Made by a program: the position numbers and the translations under genes
Shown: piece by piece, positions 1 to 11,034 of the stretch
Position numbering within the stretch: position 1 is the stretch's first letter
How the letters are laid out: each line of letters starts with the position of its first letter
Notes under the pieces: generated by a model
What the model was told of the DNA's origin: nothing
Database searches by the model: none
The model's input: only the letters and a program-made list of their open reading frames with translations
Source: an uncultured Oligoflexus sp.
GTDB taxonomy: Bacteria; Bdellovibrionota_B; Oligoflexia; Oligoflexales; Oligoflexaceae
Direction of reading: 5' to 3'
DNA length: 27,973 nt
Assembly (NCBI GenBank): GCA_964236955.1
Contig: CAXSGP010000061.1
Coordinates: 1-27,973 of the forward strand

Positions 1-271
1 ACGAGTTTGCCTGTACTTTTCAATCACTTATCTCAAACGTCAACAGCCCCTAGATGAATTCGTTTTTGTTTCTAACGAAGCTGCCTCCTTGGCTATTTCG
101 TAGAATGTAATCAAAAATGTACAGCCTACGGCTTCTCATCCCTTTTTACCTTGCATTATCCCAGCGACTCCATCATCTCTGGCGCTTCAATTTTTGCTAA
201 GCTTCCACATAGGGTCCGTTAAGTCCATGATACTTAATGATTATTTTTATCAACTAGGAAGACAAAAAAAA

Positions 272-299
272 TTAAGCTTTTCTCAAAACTTTCCGATAA
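272..299 (+). promoter_or_regulatory. sigma28 (FliA)-type promoter
   Basis: TTAAG-N15-TCCGATAA, resembling the consensus TAAA-N15-GCCGATAA, 54 nt upstream of the ATG at 354. Confidence 0.65.
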
Positions 300-353
300 A
301 GGCTTGCATCAGCTGTCGGGTAGCTCTTTTAAGGACTCGTGAAGGAATAAAAG

Positions 354-2108
354 ATGAGAATCCCAAGAATCTCGATCGTGACCCTAGCATTTACCTTTAC
401 GGCCTGTAATAAACCGCCGGCCCCAATCCCCTTTGGTAAAGTCAAGGCCGTAAGCGAAGCTTCCGGAAATTCAGGTGAAAACGGCGAGCCGGTGGCTGGT
501 GAGAGCGTTCCCGGTGAGGAGAAGGACTCCGGGCCGGGAAAGGTTTCCAGCGTTACGGGACTACCGACGGCCCTGTCCCTGACGACATCCTTTCCCAGAC
601 TAACGCAGTTGCAATGGGAGAACTCGGTACGGGATGTGCTGCTGCTTGATGCGCAACCCAAATTGTCGTCTCTTTTTCCTTCGGACCCGCAAAATACTTT
701 TTTTGCGAACGACGGCAATTCTCTGACTGTATCGGATGGCCTCTGGCAGAGCTATGTGAAAGCTGCCGAAACGATGGCTGCTAAGATTGGCGACAACGCC
801 GCTCTCGTCGCCAAGCTGGTGCCAGGCAATGCGATGACTCTGACGGGTGATGCCAGAGCTGCTGCCATCATCACTCCGCTGGCCACCCGAGCCTTTCGCC
901 GGCCGCCGACGACGGCCCAGTTGAAACGCCTCGTGACGATATTTAACGCTGGATCCAAGCTGACCGGTAAAAATGATCCGCTCGCTGCCGGTCTTCAGGC
1001 TGTCGTTCATATGCTCTTACAATCGCCCAATTTTCTTTATCGCGTGGAATTGGGTGCCGAAGCTAAGGACTTCGCGCCTCTGACTGCGTGGGAGGTTGCC
1101 GCCCGCCTATCTTTTGCCGCCTGGAATACCATCCCCGACGCCGAACTCTTCGCGGCGGCGAAAAGCGGAGAAATCCTGACCGAGGACGGTCTTGCCGAGC
1201 AGGCCAGACGGGTGATGAATGATCCCAAGGCCAATGATATTTTGACCTATTTTTATAGCAAAATATTAGGGACTGAAACCTATTCTGATGTTACCAAAAA
1301 AGATCCGAGCATCGTCAAGAATTGGCCGGATGATATGGGTAAGACCTTGGTGACCGAAGCTGATCTGTTCATAAATGAAGTGATTATCAAGGAAAAGGGC
1401 GGACTGAATCAATTGCTCACCGCTCCCTATGCGTTCGTCAATAGCGCTACCGCCCCAATCTATAAGGTAGCGGCACCCTCGGGACAGAACTTTGTCAAAA
1501 CCACTTTAAATCCGAATGAACGCATCGGTTTTCTAACCCAGGTGGGTTTTCTCGCAAGGCGAGCTCTTGATAAGGAATCCAATGCGATAAGGCGGGGTGT
1601 ACTGGTAGCTGATAAACTCCTTTGCGCTAACGTGAGCGAAAATGTACCGCCGGTCCTTCCCAAGCTTGAAGCGCCCTCTGGTAAAAAAACATCGCGGGAC
1701 GTAGTCGATGAAAAGACCGGGGTAGGAACCTGTGGAGCCTCTTGTCACGCGGATTATATAAACCCCTCGGGATATGCATTCGAAAATTTTGATGCGGCCG
1801 GAAATTTTCGGACCACCGACAATGATCAGCCGGTCAATGCTGCAGCAAAGCTTACGCTTAGGACCGGCCCCATTTCCTATTCAGGACCTCAGGATTTTGT
1901 AAGGAAGATCACGGCAAGTCGCGATCTTCATAACTGTCTGGTGCAGAAAGCGGTGGGATTCCTCTATGCCCGTGCGGTAGGGACCCAGGATTCCAGCCTT
2001 CTCCAGAGCATGGCATTGAAATCGGCGGCCAACATCCCGACGCGGGATTTGTTCAGTGAAATTCTAAGTGATAACAGAATTAAGTTGCGTGACAATAAAG
2101 GGAAATGA
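354..2108 (+). CDS. DUF1592/DUF1588/DUF1595-family lipoprotein, probable atypical heme c site
   Basis: Lipobox (FTFTA-C). Family motifs RLT..QWENSVRD, RAFRRP, LLQSPNFLYRVE, EVAARLSF..WNTIPD.EL, R.GFLTQ, IRRG, CGASCH...INPSG.AFENFDA.G.FR. Confidence 0.9.
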   Translation: MRIPRISIVTLAFTFTACNKPPAPIPFGKVKAVSEASGNSGENGEPVAGESVPGEEKDSGPGKVSSVTGLPTALSLTTSFPRLTQLQWENSVRDVLLLDAQPKLSSLFPSDPQNTFFANDGNSLTVSDGLWQSYVKAAETMAAKIGDNAALVAKLVPGNAMTLTGDARAAAIITPLATRAFRRPPTTAQLKRLVTIFNAGSKLTGKNDPLAAGLQAVVHMLLQSPNFLYRVELGAEAKDFAPLTAWEVAARLSFAAWNTIPDAELFAAAKSGEILTEDGLAEQARRVMNDPKANDILTYFYSKILGTETYSDVTKKDPSIVKNWPDDMGKTLVTEADLFINEVIIKEKGGLNQLLTAPYAFVNSATAPIYKVAAPSGQNFVKTTLNPNERIGFLTQVGFLARRALDKESNAIRRGVLVADKLLCANVSENVPPVLPKLEAPSGKKTSRDVVDEKTGVGTCGASCHADYINPSGYAFENFDAAGNFRTTDNDQPVNAAAKLTLRTGPISYSGPQDFVRKITASRDLHNCLVQKAVGFLYARAVGTQDSSLLQSMALKSAANIPTRDLFSEILSDNRIKLRDNKGK

Positions 2109-2109
2109 A

Positions 2110-3453
2110 ATGGCAATGATGAAACGGCGAAGCTTTCTAAAGGGTGCCTTCGGTGTGACGATCGGTCTGCCGTTTCTTGAAGGCTTATTTCAGAGTGAAG
2201 TCATGGCGCAAGAAGCCGATCATAGATTCGGGGTCTTTATCCGGCAGCCTTCAGGCGTTATCACCGAACGATACTGGCCTTCCAAAGAGGGTCCATTGGC
2301 GAATGCTATCAAGGGCACCAGCCTGGCGCCTTTAGAAAGCATTGCCGACCAAGTGCTTTTGGTTAGGGGGATCATGTTTCATGATAACCAAGGCTCACAG
2401 GGCAATGGCTGCCACCATGCTACCGGCCTTGCCCAATTGTTCACAGGCACGGGAGGCCTTCGGACGGGAACCGCGCAGAATAATATCCAGGCCAAAGGCG
2501 AATCCTTGGACAATCGCATTGCCAGGGAATACAAGCAGCAACCCTTGGCTCTCTACGCCCATGGTACCCACGATCTAAGGTGCATGTCCAGCTTCGCAGA
2601 GAATGGAGCGTTGCAAAGTGCTTCCTATGCCAAACCTTATGCAGCCTATCAAAATATTTTCTCGACTCAGGCGGTTCCGGGTGCAAATGATGCATCGAGC
2701 CTCTTGCGAAAGAGCGCAATCGATTACGTTCATGAAGAACTCAAGGAGTTGATGGCGAGTTCCCTGATAGGAAAAGAGGATAGTACCCGTCTGCAGGCCC
2801 ACTTTAATCTCGTGCGCGAAACCGAAATCAAGGTCGCTACGATTTCTGCGGAACAGCTGAAGATACTCCAGGAAAAAGGCAGTTCCGAAAAGGCCAAAGA
2901 TAATGATCAGTCGATGCAGGAGATTATCAAACTGCATATGGATGTCATCGTCCTCGCCATAGCGGCTGGCGGCCGTCGTTCAGCAAATCTACAGATTGGT
3001 GACATCATCAATCAGATAAGCTATGGCAATGGCATGGTGTCGCAGCACGAAAATACGCACCATTGCGATACGCCTGAACTTGTGAATGCTCAGGTGGTCT
3101 ATGACACGCTCCATAACGAACTCTTTCGCTATCTGGTCGAAGGATTCAATAAAGTTAAGCTGGGCAATAAAACTTTGATGGATCAGGGTTTCATTGTGAT
3201 GGGATCTGAGGTTGGCGACGGCCGCCTGCACAGCCTCCAAGACATTCCCATCTTAATCGCCGGCAGTATCAACGGGGCTTTGAAGCAAGGGCAGTTCGTG
3301 AATGTGGGCGCTACGAGGAATACCAAACTTCTAAATACGCTTGGCGCCGCCATGGGCTTTAAGAACAGCGCCGGCAACGGTCCCCTTGATGATTTTGGTG
3401 ATGTCAGCGACGGTGCTGAATACAAAGGCTCAATTGCTAAGATCATGGCTTGA
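2110..3453 (+). CDS. DUF1552 (HXXSHH) family protein, Tat-exported
   Basis: Start taken as ATG 2110, just after the upstream stop (ORF track starts at 2068). Twin-Arg signal KRRSFLKG..LPFLE. Motifs RKSAIDYV, RLQAHF..VRE, HENTHH, SEVGDG..HS..DIP.LIAG. Usual partner of DUF1592. Confidence 0.9.
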   Translation: MAMMKRRSFLKGAFGVTIGLPFLEGLFQSEVMAQEADHRFGVFIRQPSGVITERYWPSKEGPLANAIKGTSLAPLESIADQVLLVRGIMFHDNQGSQGNGCHHATGLAQLFTGTGGLRTGTAQNNIQAKGESLDNRIAREYKQQPLALYAHGTHDLRCMSSFAENGALQSASYAKPYAAYQNIFSTQAVPGANDASSLLRKSAIDYVHEELKELMASSLIGKEDSTRLQAHFNLVRETEIKVATISAEQLKILQEKGSSEKAKDNDQSMQEIIKLHMDVIVLAIAAGGRRSANLQIGDIINQISYGNGMVSQHENTHHCDTPELVNAQVVYDTLHNELFRYLVEGFNKVKLGNKTLMDQGFIVMGSEVGDGRLHSLQDIPILIAGSINGALKQGQFVNVGATRNTKLLNTLGAAMGFKNSAGNGPLDDFGDVSDGAEYKGSIAKIMA

Positions 3454-3477
3454 TCAAGGCCATGCCCGACCCTTCGC

Positions 3478-3759
3478 CTAGCGCGAGCTTGTTTGCGCTT
3501 TTCCCGGCTTTTTATCGCTGGATTTCTGCGACAGGTCTTTTTTTGCCGTGCTCTTGGGTAAGGGGGCCGTGATCGTAAATAGGGGCATACGAATCACCCC
3601 CGGCGCATGGGGCGAAGGACGTTGTTTTGTCTCTTCTTGTGGAGGCTGGAGGATTTGCGGATGATCGAGGACATGGAGGTGTTCCGCGGTCAGTCTTGGG
3701 GGAAGTAAGGCCAGGCCGACGAAAAGCGATAGAATAAGAGATAGACCTTGCATGGACAT
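3478..3759 (-). CDS. small hypothetical exported protein
   Basis: Hydrophobic N-terminal signal-like segment, AGGA before the ATG, Pro/Lys-rich tail; no recognised family. Confidence 0.5.
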   Translation of the reverse strand: MSMQGLSLILSLFVGLALLPPRLTAEHLHVLDHPQILQPPQEETKQRPSPHAPGVIRMPLFTITAPLPKSTAKKDLSQKSSDKKPGKAQTSSR

Positions 3760-4038
3760 GTCCTATTTTTAAGCCCCAAAGGGAGAAGAGGGAGCCATTG
3801 TCATTGTGATCTCTGACAGCAAAGGCTCTTCAGGAATCGCTGCCGATAGCGGTAGGGATGCCGCAATTTGGCGTAGATTAAGCTGTAAAAATGAGTATGT
3901 CAATATATTTTTAGCGGGGGATAGGATGGGCATCGGCAGGATACGAGTTTAAAAAAACAGCAGCCGCCCTTTCGGGTTTGAGACTTTAAGAAGAGGGGAT
4001 TGAAGTGAGGCAACGGATTGGATCTCACTTCAGGGCAG

Positions 4039-4476
4039 CTACTTGGATTCCGGAAGCCGGACAACCTGAAACCAGTAGTCACCTAGGACCTTCATAACAT
4101 TGAGAAATTGTTCAATATCGAGAGGCTTGACGACATAGCTACTCGCATGAAGGCTATAGGCATTCAACACATCCTTTTCAGCCGCCGAGGTTGTCATGAC
4201 AACGACAGGGATGGTACAAAGAGCCTTGTTTGCCTTAATATCCTGCAGGACCTCCCGCCCATCTTTTTTGGGTAAATTGAGATCGAGAAAGATCAAATCA
4301 GGGGTCGGGGCATCGTGCCACTTACCCTGTTTGAGTAAAAACATCATCGCTTCCTCGCCATCCGATACCGTATGGACATTGTTCTTGATCCGGTGCTCTT
4401 CGAGTGCCTCATTTACCAAATCGGCATCCGAGGGGCTATCTTCCACAAGGAGTATTTCGGTCAGTTTAAAAGCCAT
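4039..4476 (-). CDS. single-domain response regulator (Rcp1-like)
   Basis: ILLVEDS, DLIFLDLNLPKKDG, IPVVVMTTS, SYVVKP, YWF tail. Confidence 0.95.
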   Translation of the reverse strand: MAFKLTEILLVEDSPSDADLVNEALEEHRIKNNVHTVSDGEEAMMFLLKQGKWHDAPTPDLIFLDLNLPKKDGREVLQDIKANKALCTIPVVVMTTSAAEKDVLNAYSLHASSYVVKPLDIEQFLNVMKVLGDYWFQVVRLPESK

Positions 4477-4570
4477 TTTGCAGTTTCCTTAAGTTGAAAG
4501 AGTTAATAAAAATTGCTCGATCCCGCCTTCCGATCCCTGCCGTCCCATTGCTATCGATCCACGGTCAATC

Positions 4571-6610
4571 TCATGGAATGTCCTTTCGAACGGGGATAGT
4601 AAAGAAGAACCTGCTTCCCAGACCCGCGGAAGATTCGACCCAGATGTTACCGCCATGGAACTCGACAACTTTTTTGCATATCGCCAGCCCAAGGCCAGTG
4701 CCTTCATATTTTTCACGGGTATGCAGCCTTTGAAAAATAACAAAAATGCGGCTGTGATATTTTTGATCGATGCCTATGCCGTTGTCTGCAACACAAAATT
4801 CCCAAAAATTATCAATCCGTCTGACTGATACGTGAACCTTGGGTTGCAGTTCGGAGCGAAATTTTAGGGCGTTCGCCAAAAGATTGAGTAGAACCTGTCT
4901 GAAGAACTCTGGAAAGCCGAGGATATTAGGAAGTTTATCATCATAGCTAATCTCCGCCTGATTACTATCGATTTGGTTCTTCAGATCGGATAGCACCTCC
5001 GCGAATATTTTGCTGACTTCCACCGTTTTGCGACTGTCGACATCTCCCCGGATCCTTGAATAAGCAAGGAGGTCGTTGATAAAGCCCTGCATGCGTGTGG
5101 CGCCATCCACGGCATGCTGAATATAATCGTCCGCCTTTTTATCCAGCTGACCTTTATAACGCCTGGCAAGCAGCCCAACATAACTGGCAACGGCCCGTAA
5201 GGGTTCCTGTAAATCATGCGATGCAACATAAGCAAACTGCTCAAGTTCGGAGTTCGACCGAGCCAATTCAATTGCCCGGTTTTCGGCATCTAGGGTTCTC
5301 TCCGCCACCCGCTGTTCCAGAGTCGTATTGATCGATTGCAGATTGAGCTCCTGCTGCTTTCTATCGGTGATATCCTCGGTGACCCCGATTATTCTCAATG
5401 GCCGGCTGTCACTGTCATAGACCACCCGCCCATGATTGGTCACCCAACGCGTGATCTTGCCCCCTAAGGTGATACGAAATTCTGAATCATAGGGAACGTC
5501 CAATTTGATAGCTAACTGGATTTTTGCCATGTCTTCTTCGAAATCTTCAGGGTGAATGAGAGAGCGCATCTTTACCAGACTCGCACTCGCACCGAATTCG
5601 AAGCCAAAGATTTCTACAAGGCGATGGCTGCTGCGAAGCATTCCATTGAGAATATCCAGCTCCCATGTGCCCAGTTGGGCAGCATCCAAGGCAAGATTCA
5701 AACGATAGCCATCTTCAATAAGAGCCTGCTCGCCGCTTTTTTGCTCATGAATGTCTGTTGACGAGCCAATCCATCGAGCAACCTTTCCGCCCGAATCGAG
5801 CATCGGCGTCGCCCTCACCAAATGCCAGCGATAGTGGCCGTCCTTACGCTTCATCCGATATTCGGCTTCATAGGGACACCCGGTCGCGACCGAGTTTAGC
5901 CAGGGCGTCATGCACGCATCGTAATCTTCAAAATGAATCAGAGCCTTGTTCCGTTCGATGCTGATATCCTGGCGGTTTATGCCGGTGTATTCGATCCAGC
6001 GTTCATTGACATAATCAAGGCTTCCATCGGAATGTCCCGTCCAGATAAGCTGTGGGAGGGTTTGCACCAGGGTTTGGAAGCGCTCATTGCCCTCAGTCAG
6101 CGCCAGGTCGCTTGCGATTCGATCCTTAATGTCTTGAACGATAGCAGTATAAAAGAGCGGCGTCTCATCTTTTTGCCAAGCCTGTGAGACGTTCAGCTCT
6201 AACCAAATTAATTCACCATTTTTGCAAATACAGTGCTTTCTTAACGCAAACGCGTCGATGGTTCCGGCAATGAGCCGCTTCAGTTCCTCAGCATGATCCT
6301 GCCCATCTTCGGCATGGTAAAGGCATGAAAAATTCAATGTCTTTAATTCATCGACTGAGTAACCAAGGAGTTCGCTAAATTTTCGATTGATTCTAAAAAA
6401 CTGCCCGGATGCCGTTTCGATAAGGGCGACTCCGACGTTGGCCTGTTCGAAAATAGTTCGAAACAGCTGCTCATTTGCTTGAGGCTGGATTTTGGTCTCT
6501 TTTCGGTCGATGAAACCTGAGGCCAAAGATCGAATCTTATTTTGAAGGCCATTGGATACGGCTGATTGAGGTCTATTGCTATCATTCCATTTACCACGAA
6601 ATACCTGCAT
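4571..6610 (-). CDS. cytoplasmic histidine kinase with three PAS/PAC domains and Cph1-like transmitter
   Basis: Three PAS-PAC units ending QDI/TDI/EDI; H-box LEQFAYVASHDLQEPLR; N/G boxes NLLANALKF, DNGIGI, GTGLGLAIC. Start at ATG 6610 avoids overlap with the upstream gene (ORF track starts at 6670). Confidence 0.95.
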   Translation of the reverse strand: MQVFRGKWNDSNRPQSAVSNGLQNKIRSLASGFIDRKETKIQPQANEQLFRTIFEQANVGVALIETASGQFFRINRKFSELLGYSVDELKTLNFSCLYHAEDGQDHAEELKRLIAGTIDAFALRKHCICKNGELIWLELNVSQAWQKDETPLFYTAIVQDIKDRIASDLALTEGNERFQTLVQTLPQLIWTGHSDGSLDYVNERWIEYTGINRQDISIERNKALIHFEDYDACMTPWLNSVATGCPYEAEYRMKRKDGHYRWHLVRATPMLDSGGKVARWIGSSTDIHEQKSGEQALIEDGYRLNLALDAAQLGTWELDILNGMLRSSHRLVEIFGFEFGASASLVKMRSLIHPEDFEEDMAKIQLAIKLDVPYDSEFRITLGGKITRWVTNHGRVVYDSDSRPLRIIGVTEDITDRKQQELNLQSINTTLEQRVAERTLDAENRAIELARSNSELEQFAYVASHDLQEPLRAVASYVGLLARRYKGQLDKKADDYIQHAVDGATRMQGFINDLLAYSRIRGDVDSRKTVEVSKIFAEVLSDLKNQIDSNQAEISYDDKLPNILGFPEFFRQVLLNLLANALKFRSELQPKVHVSVRRIDNFWEFCVADNGIGIDQKYHSRIFVIFQRLHTREKYEGTGLGLAICKKVVEFHGGNIWVESSAGLGSRFFFTIPVRKDIP

Positions 6611-6623
6611 ATTACGCAATATC

Positions 6624-9095
6624 CTATCGTTTGGTGACACTTTGATCTGCGGGTGGGCCGCTTTCAGCAAGTCTGAGAAAGGGCAGTAATACTCTTTGAA
6701 GATCTTTAATCTGAATGGGTTTACTTAGATAGGAATCCATGCCAGCGGCCAGGCACTTTTCTTTGTCCTCGGCAAAGGCGTTGGCAGTCATGGCAATAAT
6801 CGGCAATTTATTCCGATCAGTAGAGAACTGTCGAATCTGACGGGTAGCCTCGAAGCCATCCATCTCCGGCATTTGGCAATCCATGAGCACGGCGCAGTAG
6901 GAGGTGTCGCTTTTAATCGCGTCCAATGCTTCTCGTCCATTGGAGACGACTTCAAACTGTAACCCGAGCTTTTCCAGCATTCTTGCGGCTACGGTTTGAT
7001 TGAGTTTGTTGTCTTCGACGATAAGTATATAACCACGTTCGCTGTTTTCTTCCCAGCGGTCGCTTATTCCAAAGCCGCTATCCTCGACTCTGAGAATCTC
7101 GTGCTTGTCGTAAATCAAATTATCAACCCGGCGATAGAGTTCCGACTGTTTGTACGGAAAGCGAAGGAGTGCGTAGCTGTCATGCGGGAGGACTTCCCGG
7201 GCCCGGGAGACCAGGAACAAGGTCGGAGGGGAGCCTTTGAACGAAGGTGGAAGTTCCTTTTGGTCTGGTATATCTTGGTCCGTTATCAGCAGCTGAACGG
7301 AATTCAAATCACGCTCGCCATTGCTTGTAACCGTAAGACCCCGGAGTGACAGCTGCTCCTCCAAGGCTTCACGAAGGAAGGCATCGTTTACCTGTAAATG
7401 AACGATTTTGCCATTAAGTTTGGAGCGGCTGGACCAAGGCGAATCCGATCGTTTCTTAAACGGCAGGATTACGTTAAAGGCGCTACCCTTGCCGACGGAG
7501 CTCTCAAGCGTCAATCGCCCCCGCATAAGCTCGACCAGCTTTTTACAAATTGAAAGGCCGAGCCCGCTTCCCCCGAATCTGCGAGTCGTTGAGATATCCT
7601 CCTGCGAAAAGGGCTCAAATAGATGGGCTTGATATTCGCTACTGATGCCCACTCCCGTGTCCAAAACGGCAAAGCAAAATTCACAGGAATCGGCAGTTTC
7701 CGCGTGAGTCCCGACGCGGACCACGATTTGACCGGCAGAGGTGAATTTTAAAGCATTGCCGACTAAATTGGTCAGCACTTGCCTTAGGCGGGTAGGGTCG
7801 CCGGATAATAGAGGCGGTACGCCCGGGCTGATCAAGGAGGTTAAGCCGATTCCCTTCGAGGCTGCGTTTTGCATGAAGAGTTCCAGCGTCTCTTCCACGA
7901 CCCGACGAGGTTCAAAATCGATATTTTCGATATCGACTTTACCGGCCTCTATCTTTGAATAATCAAGGATATCATTAATGATATCAATTAAGGCCGAGCC
8001 CGCTGATCGAATGCCGTTCACATATTCCATCTGCTCAACGGTAAGTTTCGTTTGAAGCAGGAGACTTGTCATGCCAATGACGCCATTCATGGGTGTTCGT
8101 ATCTCGTGACTCATATTTGCCAAAAATTGAGATTTCAATTTTGACATTTTTTCCGCCCTGAGTATTTCCAAAGCCCCCTGGCTTCTTTCGTTTTTCGTCA
8201 ATTGCCAGCGCGTCAGGGCATAGAGAATGGTCTTGGCAAGGCTTGCCCTTCCAATTTCGGATTTAGGCAGGTAATCCTGGGCACCATGCTTCACAGTCTG
8301 GGCGGCAATTTTGGTATCGATCGAGCCACTCAGGACGATTGTTGGGCAATCAGCGGCCGCCTCATGAATACTTAGGAATGTGTCAAATCCTTCGGAGTCA
8401 GGCAGGCCCAAATCAAGCAGGATAACATGAAAATTCTGACTTTTGAGACGGTCGATACCATCGCTCAAAGTCGAAACTCTTGTTACATTGTAGTGCGTAC
8501 CCTCGTAAGGCTGCTCAAGACAATCAATCACCAGAAATGCATCGGATGAACTGTCTTCCACCAAAAGGACATCAATCCGGTCTGGCCTTGAACTCATGGG
8601 TTCGACACTTTCGCTTAAGGCATGGCAGGGCTGAGAATCTTTGAGAGCGGCATCAACTTTTGAATGCTTGCGCAGTTCATCTCTCGCCTCCTCATAGGCA
8701 GGCACCAACGCCGCAAAAAACAGCCGAGGCGCCATCTGCCCTGCCCGCGATTGGGATTCCAAGGTCTCGCAGATTGATGAAAGACGTGTGCTTGCTACGT
8801 TGTGACACATTCCTTTGAGCTTATGGGCGAGCTGCTCGACCCGCTTAAGATCGCCGGCGGCGGCTGCAATCGTGAGCTTTTCGATAACGGGAGGTGCGCT
8901 GTCTTCGAAGACCTCCAGTAGCTCGCGTAGAAAGCTACCTCGGGTTTCGCTCGATCGTTCCAATGAGAATATTTGCTCAATTGCACGTCCATCCAGTATG
9001 GGAGTATTCGCAAGGATGGATTCTAACTCCGGGCAATCCTGACGATCTGCTAAGGTCGAGCCGGCCTCGGAAACACGCATGAATCTCCCTTTCAT
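6624..9095 (-). CDS. hybrid histidine kinase, Hpt-REC-HisKA-HATPase-(degenerate REC)-REC
   Basis: Hpt [29 protein letters not shown]-box [43 protein letters not shown]-terminal REC LMDCQMP..YLSKP. Start may be ATG 9080 (AGGGAG upstream). Confidence 0.95.
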   Translation of the reverse strand: MKGRFMRVSEAGSTLADRQDCPELESILANTPILDGRAIEQIFSLERSSETRGSFLRELLEVFEDSAPPVIEKLTIAAAAGDLKRVEQLAHKLKGMCHNVASTRLSSICETLESQSRAGQMAPRLFFAALVPAYEEARDELRKHSKVDAALKDSQPCHALSESVEPMSSRPDRIDVLLVEDSSSDAFLVIDCLEQPYEGTHYNVTRVSTLSDGIDRLKSQNFHVILLDLGLPDSEGFDTFLSIHEAAADCPTIVLSGSIDTKIAAQTVKHGAQDYLPKSEIGRASLAKTILYALTRWQLTKNERSQGALEILRAEKMSKLKSQFLANMSHEIRTPMNGVIGMTSLLLQTKLTVEQMEYVNGIRSAGSALIDIINDILDYSKIEAGKVDIENIDFEPRRVVEETLELFMQNAASKGIGLTSLISPGVPPLLSGDPTRLRQVLTNLVGNALKFTSAGQIVVRVGTHAETADSCEFCFAVLDTGVGISSEYQAHLFEPFSQEDISTTRRFGGSGLGLSICKKLVELMRGRLTLESSVGKGSAFNVILPFKKRSDSPWSSRSKLNGKIVHLQVNDAFLREALEEQLSLRGLTVTSNGERDLNSVQLLITDQDIPDQKELPPSFKGSPPTLFLVSRAREVLPHDSYALLRFPYKQSELYRRVDNLIYDKHEILRVEDSGFGISDRWEENSERGYILIVEDNKLNQTVAARMLEKLGLQFEVVSNGREALDAIKSDTSYCAVLMDCQMPEMDGFEATRQIRQFSTDRNKLPIIAMTANAFAEDKEKCLAAGMDSYLSKPIQIKDLQRVLLPFLRLAESGPPADQSVTKR

Positions 9096-9702
9096 TGGCC
9101 TTAAATATTCAAACTTTCATACTCTGACTTGCTTTGGATGACCCACGCCTAGTCCCTAGATCGTACCTACTCGAAAATCCGCTTCACCAATCTTAGACCT
9201 TAAGAAAAATTTGAATCCACGATAGGAATCCTGCTCTCCCAATCAGGATGACTGAAATTGCCTAAAAAGAAATTCGCGCAAAATCTTTCCGGCATGCACG
9301 GAATACTGTGGTCTCCGCTGGAAAATAAAGTCTTCCCGCACGCGCCGAGTGGTGACGTCCTGATTGTAATTGAAAACTCCTAGGCAAAAGCTTACCGCCC
9401 TGTTGGAATTACAAATGTGCGGCACGAAAATCAAATTGCCCCAATGTTCATTACATTTGTTAACGTATTGAGCGCAGAGGAAATCAGGGCCGAAATTGGT
9501 TAAAGATGGCTTAATTGGCAGGAGATCAAAGCTGATAAGGTGGACATGATTCGCAGCAGGGTGTTTTAAAATCTGAGGATTTTCAACAGGATCGCCCCTT
9601 ATTTGCCCGTGGTACCCAGCTCACTCCCACGATTTGTCTCAGTACGATCTTCATTCCATCCGACACTGCCCAGGTTAGAGCAGAATTGAAACCTAACAAT
9701 CA

Positions 9703-10509
9703 ATGGATCCAAAAGAATTCAAAGAGGAATTGAAAGTGAAAAGCAAAACCATCGCGAGCCGAAAAATTTTAGTCTTAGAGGCAGATTCATCTTATAGCCA
9801 GCTTATTAGCAAACAAGCCAAGACTATGAATTTAGAATTGATTGCTTGCACAGAGATAGATGACTTTACTGAAAAGGCCAAGGCAGCTCATTATGATTTT
9901 GCTTTGGTGAACTTTGATTTGGAAATTTTTCAAACAGACGACGTGGTCGAAGCCTTTGACAACCGCCCGATGGTAGTCATGAGCAAAGATGCTTTGGTGC
10001 ATATGAAGCAAGATAAATGGCCAGCGTCAATTGCCGGATTTATTTCCAAAAGTGCGACACCAAAAGACATACTTAATGCAGCTGTTAGTATGGTTCCCGA
10101 AACGCTGCGACTTGCTCCCGATAAGCCCATACATTTTCTTCTTATCGATGACGATGTCTCTTTCGGCAAGGTCGTGACAAGATCCGCAGAGCAAATTCAG
10201 GTAAAAATCACGCACGTGGTCTCGCTCGATGACCTTAAGAAGAATATCTCCCTCGACGGATTTGATGCTGTCGTTCTTGATTATGATCTCGAGACAACCA
10301 CTGGTTTTGCAGTGGCCGAGATTCTGAATACGACGGCTCGCAATAAACCCGTGATCATGGTGAGTTCGACCAATCGTCCGAGTCAGGACCACCTGTCGCA
10401 TTTACCAAATATTATTGGCTTCGTGAGCAAATGGAGCAGCCCACAGGAATTCCTCACTAAAACCATCGATATGTTTAAAGAGCGCGAAGAGTTAAAAATT
10501 TCGGCCTAA
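9703..10509 (+). CDS. tandem receiver-domain protein without output domain
   Basis: Two REC-like halves: ILVLEAD..ALVNFDL..GFISK and LLIDDD..VVLDYDL..GFVSK. Confidence 0.85.
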   Translation: MDPKEFKEELKVKSKTIASRKILVLEADSSYSQLISKQAKTMNLELIACTEIDDFTEKAKAAHYDFALVNFDLEIFQTDDVVEAFDNRPMVVMSKDALVHMKQDKWPASIAGFISKSATPKDILNAAVSMVPETLRLAPDKPIHFLLIDDDVSFGKVVTRSAEQIQVKITHVVSLDDLKKNISLDGFDAVVLDYDLETTTGFAVAEILNTTARNKPVIMVSSTNRPSQDHLSHLPNIIGFVSKWSSPQEFLTKTIDMFKEREELKISA

Positions 10510-11034
10510 GCCGGCTGCTTTGGTTCTGACAATTGATCTTAGCCTGCCCCGTTTTTTGCCTTTGCGTTCCTAGAACAAGGGACGGCAAAGGCTATAAATC
10601 CAATTCCCACCAGCAAAAAGTTGACTCTGGCCATAGCTTAAACCTGAGCCTGGCGTGTGGTTGCGCCTTTATCTGCCAGCGGCTGGCCATGCAACGGTCG
10701 GAGGAAAGGGCCTGATGGCCGGACAGGGGGCTTTCGACCTGGCTTGAGGGCTAGCGGGCGAACCTCGGGAAAAACCCGTTTTTTCCCTTATTGCTGAGCC
10801 GATGTCTGGAGTGGAAACTAAAGTCCGAGGTGCAGCGCGGCAAATTCACAAAGGCCCGGTTGAGGGCAACCTCAAACAAGCGTATTTTCGCCAGACGAGC
10901 GCATTTTTAAGTTCAAAAAGAATCTTATTAATTCAATTAGATAACTAATTTTAATCAAAATCGACCTCAGTATTATGGGTAAGTGCCGAAACTAGAGTTA
11001 TCTCATTGAGCGGAAAATATATGAAAAAAAATTC

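Noticed and set aside
3820..3849. Additional sigma28-like element CAAAG..GCCGATAG
   Set aside because: Spacing differs from the other four sites and there is no credible downstream gene on this strand.
10760..10880. Hairpins GGGAAAAA..TTTTTCCC and TTGAGG-GCAA-CCTCAA as a c-di-GMP-I riboswitch before the cyclase gene
   Set aside because: GGCAAA and CAAAG are present, but the intervening GNRA-capped stem and the downstream receptor stem are not.
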